Shown: positions 8,277 to 18,196 of the stretch, piece after piece
How positions within the stretch are numbered: position 1 is the first letter of the stretch
Layout: each line of letters begins with the position of its first letter
Assembly (NCBI GenBank): GCA_038231275.1
Contig: JBBRLQ010000010.1
Span: forward strand, 128,001 to 192,000
Source of the DNA: Polyangiales bacterium
GTDB lineage: Bacteria; Myxococcota_A; Polyangia; Polyangiales; Polyangiaceae
Reading direction: 5' to 3'
DNA length: 64,000 nucleotides
Translations under genes and position numbers: made by a program
Notes under the pieces: generated by a model
What the model was told of the DNA's origin: nothing
The model's input: the letters and a program-made list of their open reading frames with translations, nothing else
The model's database searches: none

Positions 8277-9837
8277 CGGCTCCCGCCGCGACGAGGACGC
8301 CGAAGACGCCCGCCCAACTCGGCGCGTCGTTTCGCGAAGGTCCAACGCTGCAGCCCGACGAGGCTCCGGGCGGAGCATCGACGCCGCCACCGCCACCGCC
8401 GCCGCCGCCGCCCGCGCCGTTGCCCGATGAGCCACCGGCGCCGCCGTCGTCACCGGGAACGCCCGCGTCGAGCGACGCGCCGGGCGGCACGACCATGAGG
8501 TGAACCTTGAGGAGACCATCGGCCGGCGTGTCGGTGAACCACGCGACGCCGTCCTCGACCAGATCGAACGCGAGCGTCGTGTCGCCGACGGTCTTCGTGT
8601 CGAGCGCGAGGGCGAAGCGGCCCACCGCGCCGGGCGCGACGTCGGCGGCGATCGTCGAGACGCGCGTAGGGGAGAGCCAAGACGCGTCGGCGAACGGCGA
8701 GGGCTTGTCGCGCGGGAGCGGCGCGAGCTTCGTGGTGCCCGCCTTCCACGGCTTGGTGCCCGTGTTCGTGACCTCGACGTACCCGGTGACGGCATCCCCC
8801 TGATGAACGGCGAGCGCGCTCGGCGCGGCGGGGAACGACTGGTCCTTCAGCTCGGCGCGGTAGTCCGGCAGGACGACGTCGATCTTCACCTCGAGCTGGT
8901 TGTCCGCGGGTCCGCCCTGACCGGAGTCGCTGAACCACGCGGCACCCTCTTGTACGACGCCGAAGAACTCGTCGTGCGTCCCGGTCGCTTGCGGCGCGGC
9001 GAGGTCGAACGTGAACTTGTACGTCCCGCCCGGCGGGACCGTTCCCTTCACGGCGGCGGGGCGGCTCGGCGAGAGCCACGACGCGTCGGCGAACACGCTC
9101 TTTCGCTCGCGCGCCTGCGTCGTCGCGAGGCGCGTGTTCGAGTCCCACGTCTTCGTGCCGACGTTCTTCAGCTCGATGAACGACGGAAGGACCTGCCCCT
9201 CCGCCATCGTCAGCGCCGTCGCCGCGGGCGGAAAGCTCTGGCTCACGAACGCCGCAGCGTAGGGGGGCGCCGCTCCGTAGGCTGCGAGCACCGCCTTCGC
9301 GTACGCGATGCGCTGCGACTGCACGCACGTGCCGCAGCCTTCGAAGTCGGTCTGGAAGACGACGGTCGCGTCGGTCACGTTCGTCGTCTGACGGAGCTTC
9401 GCGAGGCCGTAGCCGGAGAACGTGGAGAGCTCGTACCAAATGAAATCGAGCTGGAGGCCGAGGCTCCACACGGACTGGCCGTGCTGGTTCGCGTACGCGG
9501 TGGCGTTGTCGGTGCTGCCGGTGTCCCAGCGTCCGCCGACCGACCATTGCGCGATGCCGCGCCCTGGTCCGCCGGGCTGCACGGCAGTGGGGCTCGAGCC
9601 CGACTCCTGATCCAGGTTGCCGACGATGCCCGCCGCCTGAAAATTCGTGAGCCCCTTTCCGACGAAGTACTGGTAGACGGCCTTGTCGTTGGTGAAGAGG
9701 TAAGGCGTCAGCGCCGCCTCGCCTTCGACGGCGTTCTCGTTCCCGGGCGCCCCGCCCGAGTCGCCGCAGCCCGCGAGCGTCACGACGAGGCCGAGCGTCG
9801 CAAGAGTCGCCAAGAAAGGTGCGCGCAAGAGGAGCAT
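8203..9837 (-). CDS. Secreted phage-tail-tip-lysozyme-like protein with two NBR1-type Ig-like domains and a MYXO-CTERM-like anchor
   Basis: AAGIVGNLDQES, GIAQW, QLDFIWYEL, FEGC; two KNxGTKxW...F Ig-like repeats; GCSV-hydrophobic-RR tail; LAGC lipobox. Confidence 0.8.
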   Translation of the reverse strand: MLLLRAPFLATLATLGLVVTLAGCGDSGGAPGNENAVEGEAALTPYLFTNDKAVYQYFVGKGLTNFQAAGIVGNLDQESGSSPTAVQPGGPGRGIAQWSVGGRWDTGSTDNATAYANQHGQSVWSLGLQLDFIWYELSTFSGYGLAKLRQTTNVTDATVVFQTDFEGCGTCVQSQRIAYAKAVLAAYGAAPPYAAAFVSQSFPPAATALTMAEGQVLPSFIELKNVGTKTWDSNTRLATTQARERKSVFADASWLSPSRPAAVKGTVPPGGTYKFTFDLAAPQATGTHDEFFGVVQEGAAWFSDSGQGGPADNQLEVKIDVVLPDYRAELKDQSFPAAPSALAVHQGDAVTGYVEVTNTGTKPWKAGTTKLAPLPRDKPSPFADASWLSPTRVSTIAADVAPGAVGRFALALDTKTVGDTTLAFDLVEDGVAWFTDTPADGLLKVHLMVVPPGASLDAGVPGDDGGAGGSSGNGAGGGGGGGGGGVDAPPGASSGCSVGPSRNDAPSWAGVFGVLVAAGAVTRRARARGARRTSAVRPRTPTRT

Positions 9838-9849
9838 GGCGACGCCCTA

Positions 9850-9865
9850 CGCAATGCGTGTGCCC
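9850..9865 (-). promoter_or_regulatory. sigma54 -24/-12 promoter-like box
   Basis: GGGCACACGCATTGCG; -12 C is 14 nt before ATG 9837. Confidence 0.55.
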
Positions 9866-10014
9866 CGCTCAAAGGGCCTATTTTTGCCGCGGATTGACGT
9901 GGTTCACCGCGGAACCACCCGCCGGTCCTCGCGAGCTGCGCGCGAGGGCGCGCGATCGATCGCGCCGGTCGCGAAGGGGACAGGATGCCTCGGCGGGCGC
10001 GCCTTCTCGCTCCG

Positions 10015-10030
10015 TGGCACATTGGCTGCA
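10015..10030 (+). promoter_or_regulatory. sigma54 -24/-12 promoter-like box
   Basis: TGGCACATTGGCTGCA upstream of ATG 10079. Confidence 0.6.
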
Positions 10031-10078
10031 CCGCGCACGGCGCCGCTCGCAGTCCAACCAGGGCGCCGAGGAAAATCG

Positions 10079-11764
10079 ATGGGATCCGCAGCCACGACGA
10101 CGCGCGCGCCGCTCCGAGGGCTCCTCGTGCCGCTCGTGCTCACGGCGATCCTGTCGCTCGATTGCTACGGGACGAGTGGCGGCGGGGATACGGCGGGGCA
10201 GCCCGGCGCGCCTGCGGTGGCGCCGACGCTCACGCCGACGCGCCGGCTTCGTCGTCTGAGCCGCCGCGAGTACGACAACGTCGTCCGCGATCTCCTCGGC
10301 GACACGTCGCATCCCGCGCGGGCGTTCGTCGCCGACGCGTACGCCAACGGCTACGACAACGGCTCGGCGGGCCTCGCGGTGCAGTCCGATCAGGTCGCGT
10401 CGTACCAAGCCGCCGCCGAGTCGCTCGCCGCCGCCGCCGTCGCGCGTGACCTGGGCCGACTCATTGGCGGGTGCGACGTCGCCACGATGGGCGCCGACGG
10501 CTGCGTGGATGCGTTCTTCGACGCCTTCGCCGCGCGCGCGTTCCGTCGCCCGCTCTTCGCTCCCGAAAAGCAGCGCCTGCGCGACGTCTTCCACGCCGAG
10601 CTCGCCGCGGGCAGCGATTTCGTCACCGGCGTGCGCACGCTGATCGAGGTCGTCCTCCAGTCGCCGCAGTTCTTGTACCGCGAGGAGCTCGGACCGATCG
10701 GCGCGCTTGGATCGCCGGGAAAATCCTTGAGGCTCAGCGACTGGGAAATCGCGTCCGAGCTCTCGTTTCTGCTCACCGGCTCATCGCCCGACGACGCGCT
10801 CTGGTCCGCGGTGCAAAATGGTCGATTCACGACCGACGACGATCGCCGTCGCGAGGCGGCGAGGCTCGTGGCGACTCCCGGTGCGAAGGAAGCGCTCAGG
10901 ACGTTCTTGCACGCGTGGCTCGGCACCGACCGGCTCGTCGATCTGAGCAAAGATCCCGCCGCGTACCCTGCCTTCGACCTGACCACCGCGGCGTCGATGC
11001 GCGGCGAGCTCGATCGCGTCTACGACGACGCGCTCGCGGCGCCCGACGGATCCCTTCGTCGCCTCTTCACGTCGAGCGCGTCGTACGTCGACGACGCGCT
11101 CGCCCCCGTCTACGGGCTTCCGCTCGCCGGCGGCAGCGCCGATTTTCGGCCGGTCGCGCTCGATCCTGCGCTCCGGCGGGGCGTGCTCACGCGCGCCGGC
11201 TTCCTCGCGGTCCACGCGGACACTGACGGCTCCGGACCGATCGCGCGCGGCGTGTTCGTGCTCGGCGCGATCATGTGCGCAGCGCCCGCGCCGCCGCCTC
11301 CCAACGTCCCGCCCGCCGTTCCTGCGGGCGATCCGAGCGCGCAGAACCTCACGACGCGCCAGCGATTCGAGCGCCACGTGTCCACGCCCTTCTGCGCGAG
11401 CTGCCACACCCGCATCGACGGCATCGGCTTCGGCTTCGAGCAGTTCGACGCGATCGGCGCCCTCCGGTCCATCGAGCGGGGACAACCGGTCGACACGAGC
11501 GGCGCCGTCGTCGGCACCGGCGAGGTCGACGGCGCCTTCGTCGGCGCGTCCGAGCTCGACGCCAAGCTCGCCGGGAGCAAGGTGCTGAGCGACTGCTACA
11601 TGCGGCAGGCGTACCGGTTCGCGATGGGGCAAGTCGAGCCGGACGGAACCGATCCGACGCGCCTCGCGGGCGGATTTTCGTCCGACGCGCGTCTGGTCGA
11701 TCTCTTCCTCGCGATCGTCGCCGATCCGGTGTTCGTGACGCGCACCTTCGAGGCGCGACCATGA
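10079..11764 (+). CDS. DUF1592/DUF1588/DUF1595-type (PSD/PSCyt) heme c protein
   Basis: RRLSRREYDNVVRDL, LQSPQFLYR, PIARG, CASCH, GFGFEQFDAIG. Confidence 0.9.
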   Translation: MGSAATTTRAPLRGLLVPLVLTAILSLDCYGTSGGGDTAGQPGAPAVAPTLTPTRRLRRLSRREYDNVVRDLLGDTSHPARAFVADAYANGYDNGSAGLAVQSDQVASYQAAAESLAAAAVARDLGRLIGGCDVATMGADGCVDAFFDAFAARAFRRPLFAPEKQRLRDVFHAELAAGSDFVTGVRTLIEVVLQSPQFLYREELGPIGALGSPGKSLRLSDWEIASELSFLLTGSSPDDALWSAVQNGRFTTDDDRRREAARLVATPGAKEALRTFLHAWLGTDRLVDLSKDPAAYPAFDLTTAASMRGELDRVYDDALAAPDGSLRRLFTSSASYVDDALAPVYGLPLAGGSADFRPVALDPALRRGVLTRAGFLAVHADTDGSGPIARGVFVLGAIMCAAPAPPPPNVPPAVPAGDPSAQNLTTRQRFERHVSTPFCASCHTRIDGIGFGFEQFDAIGALRSIERGQPVDTSGAVVGTGEVDGAFVGASELDAKLAGSKVLSDCYMRQAYRFAMGQVEPDGTDPTRLAGGFSSDARLVDLFLAIVADPVFVTRTFEARP

Positions 11765-13116
11765 GCCGCATGTCCTTCGGCCGCCGCAAGCTCCTCATGG
11801 CCCTCGCCGCGGTGCCCGCGACGGCGTCGTTCGCGCGCACGCTCCTCGCAGGGCCGCCGCCGCCGGGCACGCCACCGGACAAGCGGCTCGTCCTCGTCAT
11901 GCAGAACAACGGCACGCAGCAGGCGAAATTTTGGCCAGGCGCGACCATGAGCTCGCCGATCCTCGATCATCTGTTCGTCGATGCGGCGACCGGCCAGGAC
12001 AACGGTCTCAAGGCGAAGACGACCATCGTGAAGGGCGTGTACGTGCCCAACGACGGCAACGGCACGAACGGAAATCAGCACGACATGGGCTTCGCTCGCA
12101 TGTTCACCGGCGCCAAGCTGACGGCGCTCGGCGGGCAACCATGGGGAGGCGCAGCGTCGGTGGACCAGCTCGTCGCGCGCGCGTGGAACGTCGACACGCT
12201 CACGCTCGCCGTGCTGGCGTCGCAGACCGAGCCGCACCCCAAGCCGGGCTTCGATCACCGAGAGTCGTTCTCGTACCTAGGCCCTGCGACGCTCAAGCAC
12301 CCGCGCAAGGATCCGCGCGCGATCTTCGACTACCTGTTCCCGCCAAGCGGCGCGGGGCAGAACGATCCGGCGGTGGCGCGCCGTCGCGCGAGCGTCCTCG
12401 ACGCGGTCGCGGGAAACCTCGGCGACGTCTCGGCCCGCCTCGGCGCCGACGAGCGAGCGAAGCTCGACTACCACCTCTCCGCCATTCGCGACGTCGAGCG
12501 GCGCGTCACCAACACCTGCGGAATCCCCGACGGGCGCCCGCCGGATTACCTCGCACTCGACGGGACCGCCGAGGTGAGCACCGACGCGTACATCACGCGC
12601 ATGGTCGACGACATGATCGATCTGCTCGTCCTGTCCATGAAGTGCGGCATCAGTCGCATCGCGACGCTGCAGCTCGGGTACGGCGGCGGAAAATGGCGCT
12701 TCGGGTGGCAGGGCATCAACCTGAACTGCCACGACGGCGTCGCGCACCTCGACACGTCGGACGGCGGGAGCAGCGCCGTCAACACCGAGCGCGTCGTCCT
12801 CATGAACCAGTACTACGCGAGCCGCGTCGCCAAGCTCGCCACGCAGCTCGACGCGATCCCGGAGGGCAGCGGCACGATGCTCGACAACACGCTGCTCGTC
12901 TGGGCGAACGAGCTCGGGCGCGGCGATCACAACCAGGAGAACGTGCCGATCGTGCTCATCGGCAAGGCCGGCGGCGCGCTGCCCAAGGGCGGGCGCGTGA
13001 TCGACGCCGGGCGTCAGCCGTTCAACCGCCTCGGCTGCACCATCCTCCGCGCGATGGGGCAGCCGGCGGCGGGCTTCGGCGACGTGCCGGACTGCGGCGT
13101 CTTCCACGGTTTGTAA
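11761..13116 (+). CDS. DUF1552-family protein (Tat-like signal)
   Basis: ATGA overlap with the upstream gene; GRRKLL signal; SVDQ, KLDYHLSAIRDVE, EGSGTMLDNTL. Confidence 0.9.
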   Translation: MSRMSFGRRKLLMALAAVPATASFARTLLAGPPPPGTPPDKRLVLVMQNNGTQQAKFWPGATMSSPILDHLFVDAATGQDNGLKAKTTIVKGVYVPNDGNGTNGNQHDMGFARMFTGAKLTALGGQPWGGAASVDQLVARAWNVDTLTLAVLASQTEPHPKPGFDHRESFSYLGPATLKHPRKDPRAIFDYLFPPSGAGQNDPAVARRRASVLDAVAGNLGDVSARLGADERAKLDYHLSAIRDVERRVTNTCGIPDGRPPDYLALDGTAEVSTDAYITRMVDDMIDLLVLSMKCGISRIATLQLGYGGGKWRFGWQGINLNCHDGVAHLDTSDGGSSAVNTERVVLMNQYYASRVAKLATQLDAIPEGSGTMLDNTLLVWANELGRGDHNQENVPIVLIGKAGGALPKGGRVIDAGRQPFNRLGCTILRAMGQPAAGFGDVPDCGVFHGL

Positions 13117-13140
13117 CTCCATCCCTCTCCCTCATGCGGG

Positions 13141-13338
13141 TCAGTGACGACCGGAACGCTCGGCGGGCCCCTCTGCACGGCGCATGCGCTCCGCGTCGGC
13201 GGGGCGACGCGCGGGGGCGTCGACCGCGAAGCCCATGACGGAATGGGCACGGGGCGCCCCCGTGGACGTGTTCTCGGCCGCACAGCCCGTCGCCACGATG
13301 CTCACGAAAACGAGACCGACGATCGTGATGGTGTTCAT
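13141..13338 (-). CDS. Small putative lipoprotein (65 aa)
   Basis: GGGAGG RBS 8 nt upstream; hydrophobic signal ending ATGC. Confidence 0.55.
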   Translation of the reverse strand: MNTITIVGLVFVSIVATGCAAENTSTGAPRAHSVMGFAVDAPARRPADAERMRRAEGPAERSGRH

Positions 13339-13449
13339 GTCTTCATCCTCCCGCGGCGCTTGATTGCGCCTCTCGAAGAGGCAGTCGCCGGCCGGGGAGG
13401 GTGTGAAGAAATAATCGAAAATCCCCCCAAAAATGGGGACGCGACCAGA

Positions 13450-16074
13450 CTACGGTTTTGGTAAGCCGGCGCCGCACCCGAGCGCCTTGCGACGCGCGCG
13501 CGCCGTGTCGGCGCTGACGCTTCGCGGTTTCGCGTTGCCGAACCGCGCGAGGACCCTCGCGTAGGCGTCGCACGCGCCGGGGGTGTCGCTCTTGGCTTCG
13601 AGCGCCCGGCCGAGATCGAGCGCGGCGTGCACGTGCGCGAAGGGGGAGTGGAAGACTCCGCACTCGGCGACCGCGTGCCGCAGGAACGGAAGGGCTTCGT
13701 CGACGCGGTTTGCGAGGAGGTATACGCGTCCCACCTCGCCGTCAGGAATGCCGACGTCGTTCGAAGGGAACCCCATTCCGACTACGACGGGGCTGAGTGG
13801 TACGTACTCCGGGAGAGCTCGGAGCGCCGCGTCGGCCTCGTCGCGGGTCAGCGCGGGCGCGGCGTATGCGTAGATCCAGAGCACGCCGCGAACCGCGCCC
13901 ATCTCGCCACGCGTGGCGATCCATTTCGCGCGCTCTGCCTCCAGACCGCCGGAGCCGCCGCGTCCAAGCCGATACAAGTACGGCCAGAGGTCCACGCCGT
14001 GCGTCAGCGAGCTCTCCGCTGTCCACGAGTCGGCCTGCTCGACGTACGCCGAGGCTGCTGCGCGTGCCCCGGCGAGGTCGCCGGTCTCGAGACGAGCCCC
14101 CACTTGGCGCATGGCGAGCGCGTAGTGGGGCTGCTGCTCGGTTCGCGCCAACGGATCCGCGGCGAGCGTCGCGGCCTCTTTCTCCATGAGGTCGGCCGCT
14201 CGCTCGAAGTCCCCGTCGAGCATCGCGAGCTGCGACTCGAGCTCGGCTGCTGCGATGGCCCGACGTGGCTCGGGCGTGGTGCCGATTGCTTGCGTCGCCG
14301 CCTCGCGAATGACCTGGGGAGAGCGGCTATTGCCCACCTTCGCCCAGAGAAGCCAATACCCCGCGTACCAAGGCGCGCGGTCCGCAGCCCGGCGAATGTT
14401 GCGCTCGAAATCCGCGCAGCGGCCGTCCACCCAATCGGCGAACCCCAGCCAAAGGTACGGATCGCTCGCGCCGACGGAAGTGGCAACGCCGCGCTCGAAC
14501 GCGGCGCGGGCCTCCTCCGTGCGCCCCATCGAGAGCAGCGCCATGCCACGCGTCTCCCAGGATTGGGCGTCGCGCGGGTCGAGCTCTGTGGCGCGCGTGC
14601 TGGGCGCGAGCGACGCGGGGGTTGCGTAGTTCATGATGCCTATCCACATGAAGATCTCGGCGTCGCTGGGGTAGCGTCGCGTCAACGCGTCCAGGCGTCG
14701 CAGCGCCTCCCCGCCGTCGGGCTGTGTGAACTGCAGAACCGGCTCCATGGCCTCCAGGAGGTCGCGGTCCCGCTCGGTCAGCTGTTTGCGGAGGCCCGCG
14801 GCCTTCGCGTACGCGGCGCGTTTTGCCTCCGGGCTCAGCAGCGCGAGACCGGTCATCGCGGTTCGCATGTACGCGGCCGCAAGCCCCGGATCGAGCTCGC
14901 TCGCGCGAATGAAGTGCTGGTTCGCCATCCCGAAGTTGTCGTCGTGCATCATCTCCAGTCCCGCCGCGTATTCGCTCGCTGCCTCGGGCACGGATGTCGG
15001 CGGTGGCGGCAGGTTCACGAGCGTGGTGACGTTCACCGTCACGCTGGGCACCGGCGTCGTCGCGTGCGTGGGGACGGTCGCGCGGAGCCCGAGCGCGATG
15101 GCGAGCGCTGCCGCCACGCCGGAGGTCGCGACGATCCCCAGCCATCGCCGCCCCGCAGGTCGCGCCGTGCCAATCGTGTCGAGCGCCGCGAGCATCTCGT
15201 CCGCCGAGGCGAACCGCTCGTCTGGCGCCTTCCTCAGGCACCTCAGGATCACCCTCTCCAGGGCTTCGTCGAGCCCGTCGAGGCGCCGCGGTTCGTCGCG
15301 CAGGACCGCCGCGAGGATCTCCGCGGTCGTCGCGCCACCGAACGGACGCTCGCCGCTCGCCATCTCGTAGAGGACGACGCCTAGCGAGAACAGATCGCTT
15401 CGCGCGTCGATCGATTTTCCCGCAGCCTGCTCGGGGGACATGTACGCGGGCGTCCCCATCACGCGCCCCTCGTCCGTCGCGGTGTCCTGAAGCGCGAGCG
15501 CGCTCTCGACCTCTCGCACTTTGGCGAGACCGAAGTCGAGGATCTTCACGGTGCCGTCCTTGGCCAGCATGACGTTTTCGGGCTTCAAATCCCGGTGAAT
15601 TACGCCCTTTTCGTGCGCGCCCGCGAGGCCGCGGAGCATCTCGCGCGCGACGCGGATCGCCTCGCTCACGCCGAGCCTTCCCGCCGCGGCGAGGCGCGCG
15701 CGGAGAGACTCTCCCTCGACCAGCTCCATCACGATGAAGACGCGTCCGTCGGCCTCGCCCACGTCGTGGATGGCGGCGAGGTTCGGGTGCGTGATCGCCG
15801 CCGCCGATCGGGCTTCGCGCAGGAGTCGGCTCCTCCGCTCGTCGTCGCCCGCGAGCGACTCCGGCAGCACCTTGATCGCGACCTCGCGACGGAGCTTCGT
15901 GTCGGTCGCGCGGTACACGACGCCCATTCCGCCGGCGCCGAGCTTCGCGTCGATCCGGAACTGCCCGAGCGCTTTCCCGACGAGGCTCGCGGGAGGCGCC
16001 ACGGGCTCGGCCCGCGCGACGTCGCGGATGAACGAGTCGGTCGCGCTCGCGCCGTCTGTCTTCTTCTCGCTCAC
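13450..16074 (-). CDS. Hanks-type Ser/Thr protein kinase with TM segment and TPR-like C-terminus
   Basis: GAGGMG, VAIK, HRDLKPEN, DFGLAK, GTPAYMSPEQ. Confidence 0.93.
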   Translation of the reverse strand: MSEKKTDGASATDSFIRDVARAEPVAPPASLVGKALGQFRIDAKLGAGGMGVVYRATDTKLRREVAIKVLPESLAGDDERRSRLLREARSAAAITHPNLAAIHDVGEADGRVFIVMELVEGESLRARLAAAGRLGVSEAIRVAREMLRGLAGAHEKGVIHRDLKPENVMLAKDGTVKILDFGLAKVREVESALALQDTATDEGRVMGTPAYMSPEQAAGKSIDARSDLFSLGVVLYEMASGERPFGGATTAEILAAVLRDEPRRLDGLDEALERVILRCLRKAPDERFASADEMLAALDTIGTARPAGRRWLGIVATSGVAAALAIALGLRATVPTHATTPVPSVTVNVTTLVNLPPPPTSVPEAASEYAAGLEMMHDDNFGMANQHFIRASELDPGLAAAYMRTAMTGLALLSPEAKRAAYAKAAGLRKQLTERDRDLLEAMEPVLQFTQPDGGEALRRLDALTRRYPSDAEIFMWIGIMNYATPASLAPSTRATELDPRDAQSWETRGMALLSMGRTEEARAAFERGVATSVGASDPYLWLGFADWVDGRCADFERNIRRAADRAPWYAGYWLLWAKVGNSRSPQVIREAATQAIGTTPEPRRAIAAAELESQLAMLDGDFERAADLMEKEAATLAADPLARTEQQPHYALAMRQVGARLETGDLAGARAAASAYVEQADSWTAESSLTHGVDLWPYLYRLGRGGSGGLEAERAKWIATRGEMGAVRGVLWIYAYAAPALTRDEADAALRALPEYVPLSPVVVGMGFPSNDVGIPDGEVGRVYLLANRVDEALPFLRHAVAECGVFHSPFAHVHAALDLGRALEAKSDTPGACDAYARVLARFGNAKPRSVSADTARARRKALGCGAGLPKP

Positions 16075-16140
16075 CGGCCCCCCTTCACGTCGATGCTAGG
16101 GAAGCCGGTCGGCGCGCTCAAGGTCCGTCTCGCGGCGCCT

Positions 16141-16911
16141 TCATGCGCGCGGCGACATCAGCGCGCGGCGGAACAGGTCGACGACCTTCGCGTAGAACGT
16201 CAGCGCGAGCTCCGGATCGTAGCGCGGCCCTTCGTCGCGCAAGAACGCGTGCTGCGCGTCGACCTCGTGCCACGTCATCGCGCAGCCGGCCTCTTCGAGG
16301 CGCGATCGGACCGCCGCGCGCCCGTCTTCGGGAACGTGAGGATCCTGTCGCCCCCACACCATGAAGAGCTCCCCCCGCACGTCGCCCGCGCGCGCCAGCG
16401 AGTCGTCACCGCCGGCGCCGAGCGACGCTTTGTGCAGATCGGTCGCGTAGAAGCACGCGGTCGCGCGCACGTCGGGCTGGAGCGCGGCGCGGAACGCGAG
16501 GTGGCCACCGATGCAGACTCCCATCGCACCGAGCCTGCCTGTGCAGTGCGGTGAGGACGCGAGAAAATCGAGCGCGGCGCGCGCGTCGGCGTCGTAGGCG
16601 GACACGGGCTTGCCGAGTTTGTCGCGGTTGCCGCGGTCCGCGCCGGGCGTGTCGTAGGCGAGCACGGTCCCTGGCGCTTCGAGGTCGTGGAAGATCTCCG
16701 GCACCGCAACGACGAAGCCATGCCCTGCAAGGAGCTGCGCCATTCGGTGGATGGGCCCGGTTCGCTGGAAGATCTCGGAGAAGAGGACGAGCCCGGGGAA
16801 ACGCGTCGCCGCCGCGACCGTCCCGAGGGGAAAGACGGGACGGTAGACGTAGGTGCGCATCGGACCGGACGAGGTCGGGAGATCGACGAACGGGTCTTCG
16901 ACCAGGAGCAT
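16141..16911 (-). CDS. Dienelactone hydrolase family protein
   Basis: SEIFQ, GVCIGG nucleophile elbow, QDPH, HAFLRD. Confidence 0.9.
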   Translation of the reverse strand: MLLVEDPFVDLPTSSGPMRTYVYRPVFPLGTVAAATRFPGLVLFSEIFQRTGPIHRMAQLLAGHGFVVAVPEIFHDLEAPGTVLAYDTPGADRGNRDKLGKPVSAYDADARAALDFLASSPHCTGRLGAMGVCIGGHLAFRAALQPDVRATACFYATDLHKASLGAGGDDSLARAGDVRGELFMVWGRQDPHVPEDGRAAVRSRLEEAGCAMTWHEVDAQHAFLRDEGPRYDPELALTFYAKVVDLFRRALMSPRA

Positions 16912-16984
16912 CGGTCGAGCGTACAGGCTTCGATGGCCGGCGTCGGCGGCTGACGCTCCTACGCGCTCGACGTTCGCATCGCCA

Positions 16985-18070
16985 TTACGGCGCGATGCCG
17001 TCCCCCTGCGCGAGCGCGGACGCGGGCGGCGCCGCGACGAGCTCGAGGATCGGCGCGCCTGCGGTCTTCGCGGCGTCGCGAGGCAGGCCGAGGAGGACGC
17101 GCACGGTCGGTGCGACGTCGGCCAGGCGCCGCGCTCCGACGACGTCGATCGTCCCGCGAGCGCGAACGCCAGCGCCCGCTGCGACGAGCCACACGCGCGC
17201 GGACTCGGGGTAGGCGCCGCCGTGGTTGCGGAAGTCGGCGGCGCGCCCGTGATCGGCGGTGACGAAGACGGCGGTGCGCGCGCCGCGCTCGCCCATGCGA
17301 TCGAGTGTCGCGAACAGATCGGCGAGGACCCCGTCGGCCGCGTGGAGCGAGCGTAGGTATCCTGGCCGGTCGCCGCGGTGCGCGAGCTCGTCCGGCTCGC
17401 CGAGGCCGACGAACAAGAAGCCCGGCCGTTGGTGCTCGAGGTACGACAAGGCAGCGCGCGCCGTGAAGCGATCGGGCCGGAACGCGCCGACGCCCGGCCA
17501 CGGGTTCATCGGCTCGCCGAGGTCGCCGGTCTGCCCGGCCGAGACGAGGACGTCGCCGTGCAACGACGTCGCCGCGCGCTCGATGCACTCCCATGACGCA
17601 AAGACGGCTGCGCCCTGGCCCCGCGCGGCGACCTCATCCGCGAGCGTAGGTATGGCAACGGTGGCGCAGTCGTTGTCGCGACACCCGTCAGGCGTCCGGC
17701 CGGTGAAGATCTCGGTGTAGCCAGGCAGCGACACGTAGTTCGGTCCAGTGGCGCGAACCTCACCGCGCCCTGGTGCGCCGACCACCGCGCCGCGCGTCTG
17801 CGCGATGTCGGTGAGGTACGGCATGTTCATCGGATCGAGCACGTCCTGCCATCGCGCCCCGTCCAAGGTCACGATCACGACCGCTTCGGCGGCGGCCGGT
17901 GTCTCGGCGCTCACTTCGGCCGAGCTTGGAAGCGGGGTTCTGGCGGACGCCGCTTCGATGGGACGCGCGCCCGGTCCAGGCGCGCCGCACGAGAGCAAGA
18001 GCACAAGGAGCGGCGCGATCGGTCCGCGCCACGCGTGTCGTCTCATGGAAGAGAACGATGCAAGTTCCAT
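16985..18070 (-). CDS. Alkaline-phosphatase-superfamily lipoprotein
   Basis: VTLDGARWQD, SLPGY, DELAH, VTADHGR; lipobox LLSC; start could be 18046. Confidence 0.8.
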   Translation of the reverse strand: MELASFSSMRRHAWRGPIAPLLVLLLSCGAPGPGARPIEAASARTPLPSSAEVSAETPAAAEAVVIVTLDGARWQDVLDPMNMPYLTDIAQTRGAVVGAPGRGEVRATGPNYVSLPGYTEIFTGRTPDGCRDNDCATVAIPTLADEVAARGQGAAVFASWECIERAATSLHGDVLVSAGQTGDLGEPMNPWPGVGAFRPDRFTARAALSYLEHQRPGFLFVGLGEPDELAHRGDRPGYLRSLHAADGVLADLFATLDRMGERGARTAVFVTADHGRAADFRNHGGAYPESARVWLVAAGAGVRARGTIDVVGARRLADVAPTVRVLLGLPRDAAKTAGAPILELVAAPPASALAQGDGIAP

Positions 18071-18196
18071 GTGACGGGAGTGCGGCGCGACGCGCAATGC
18101 GCGGTAAACTGTAGGTGCCGCGCAGCGTCACACTACGCTCGCGCCCTCGCCGCAACCGGCGCGCATACGCATACGCTAGAGGCGTCCGGCGTGACG

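Noticed and set aside
8203..9837. Prophage
   Set aside because: Only an isolated lysozyme domain with host secretion and anchor signals; no structural, integrase or terminase genes
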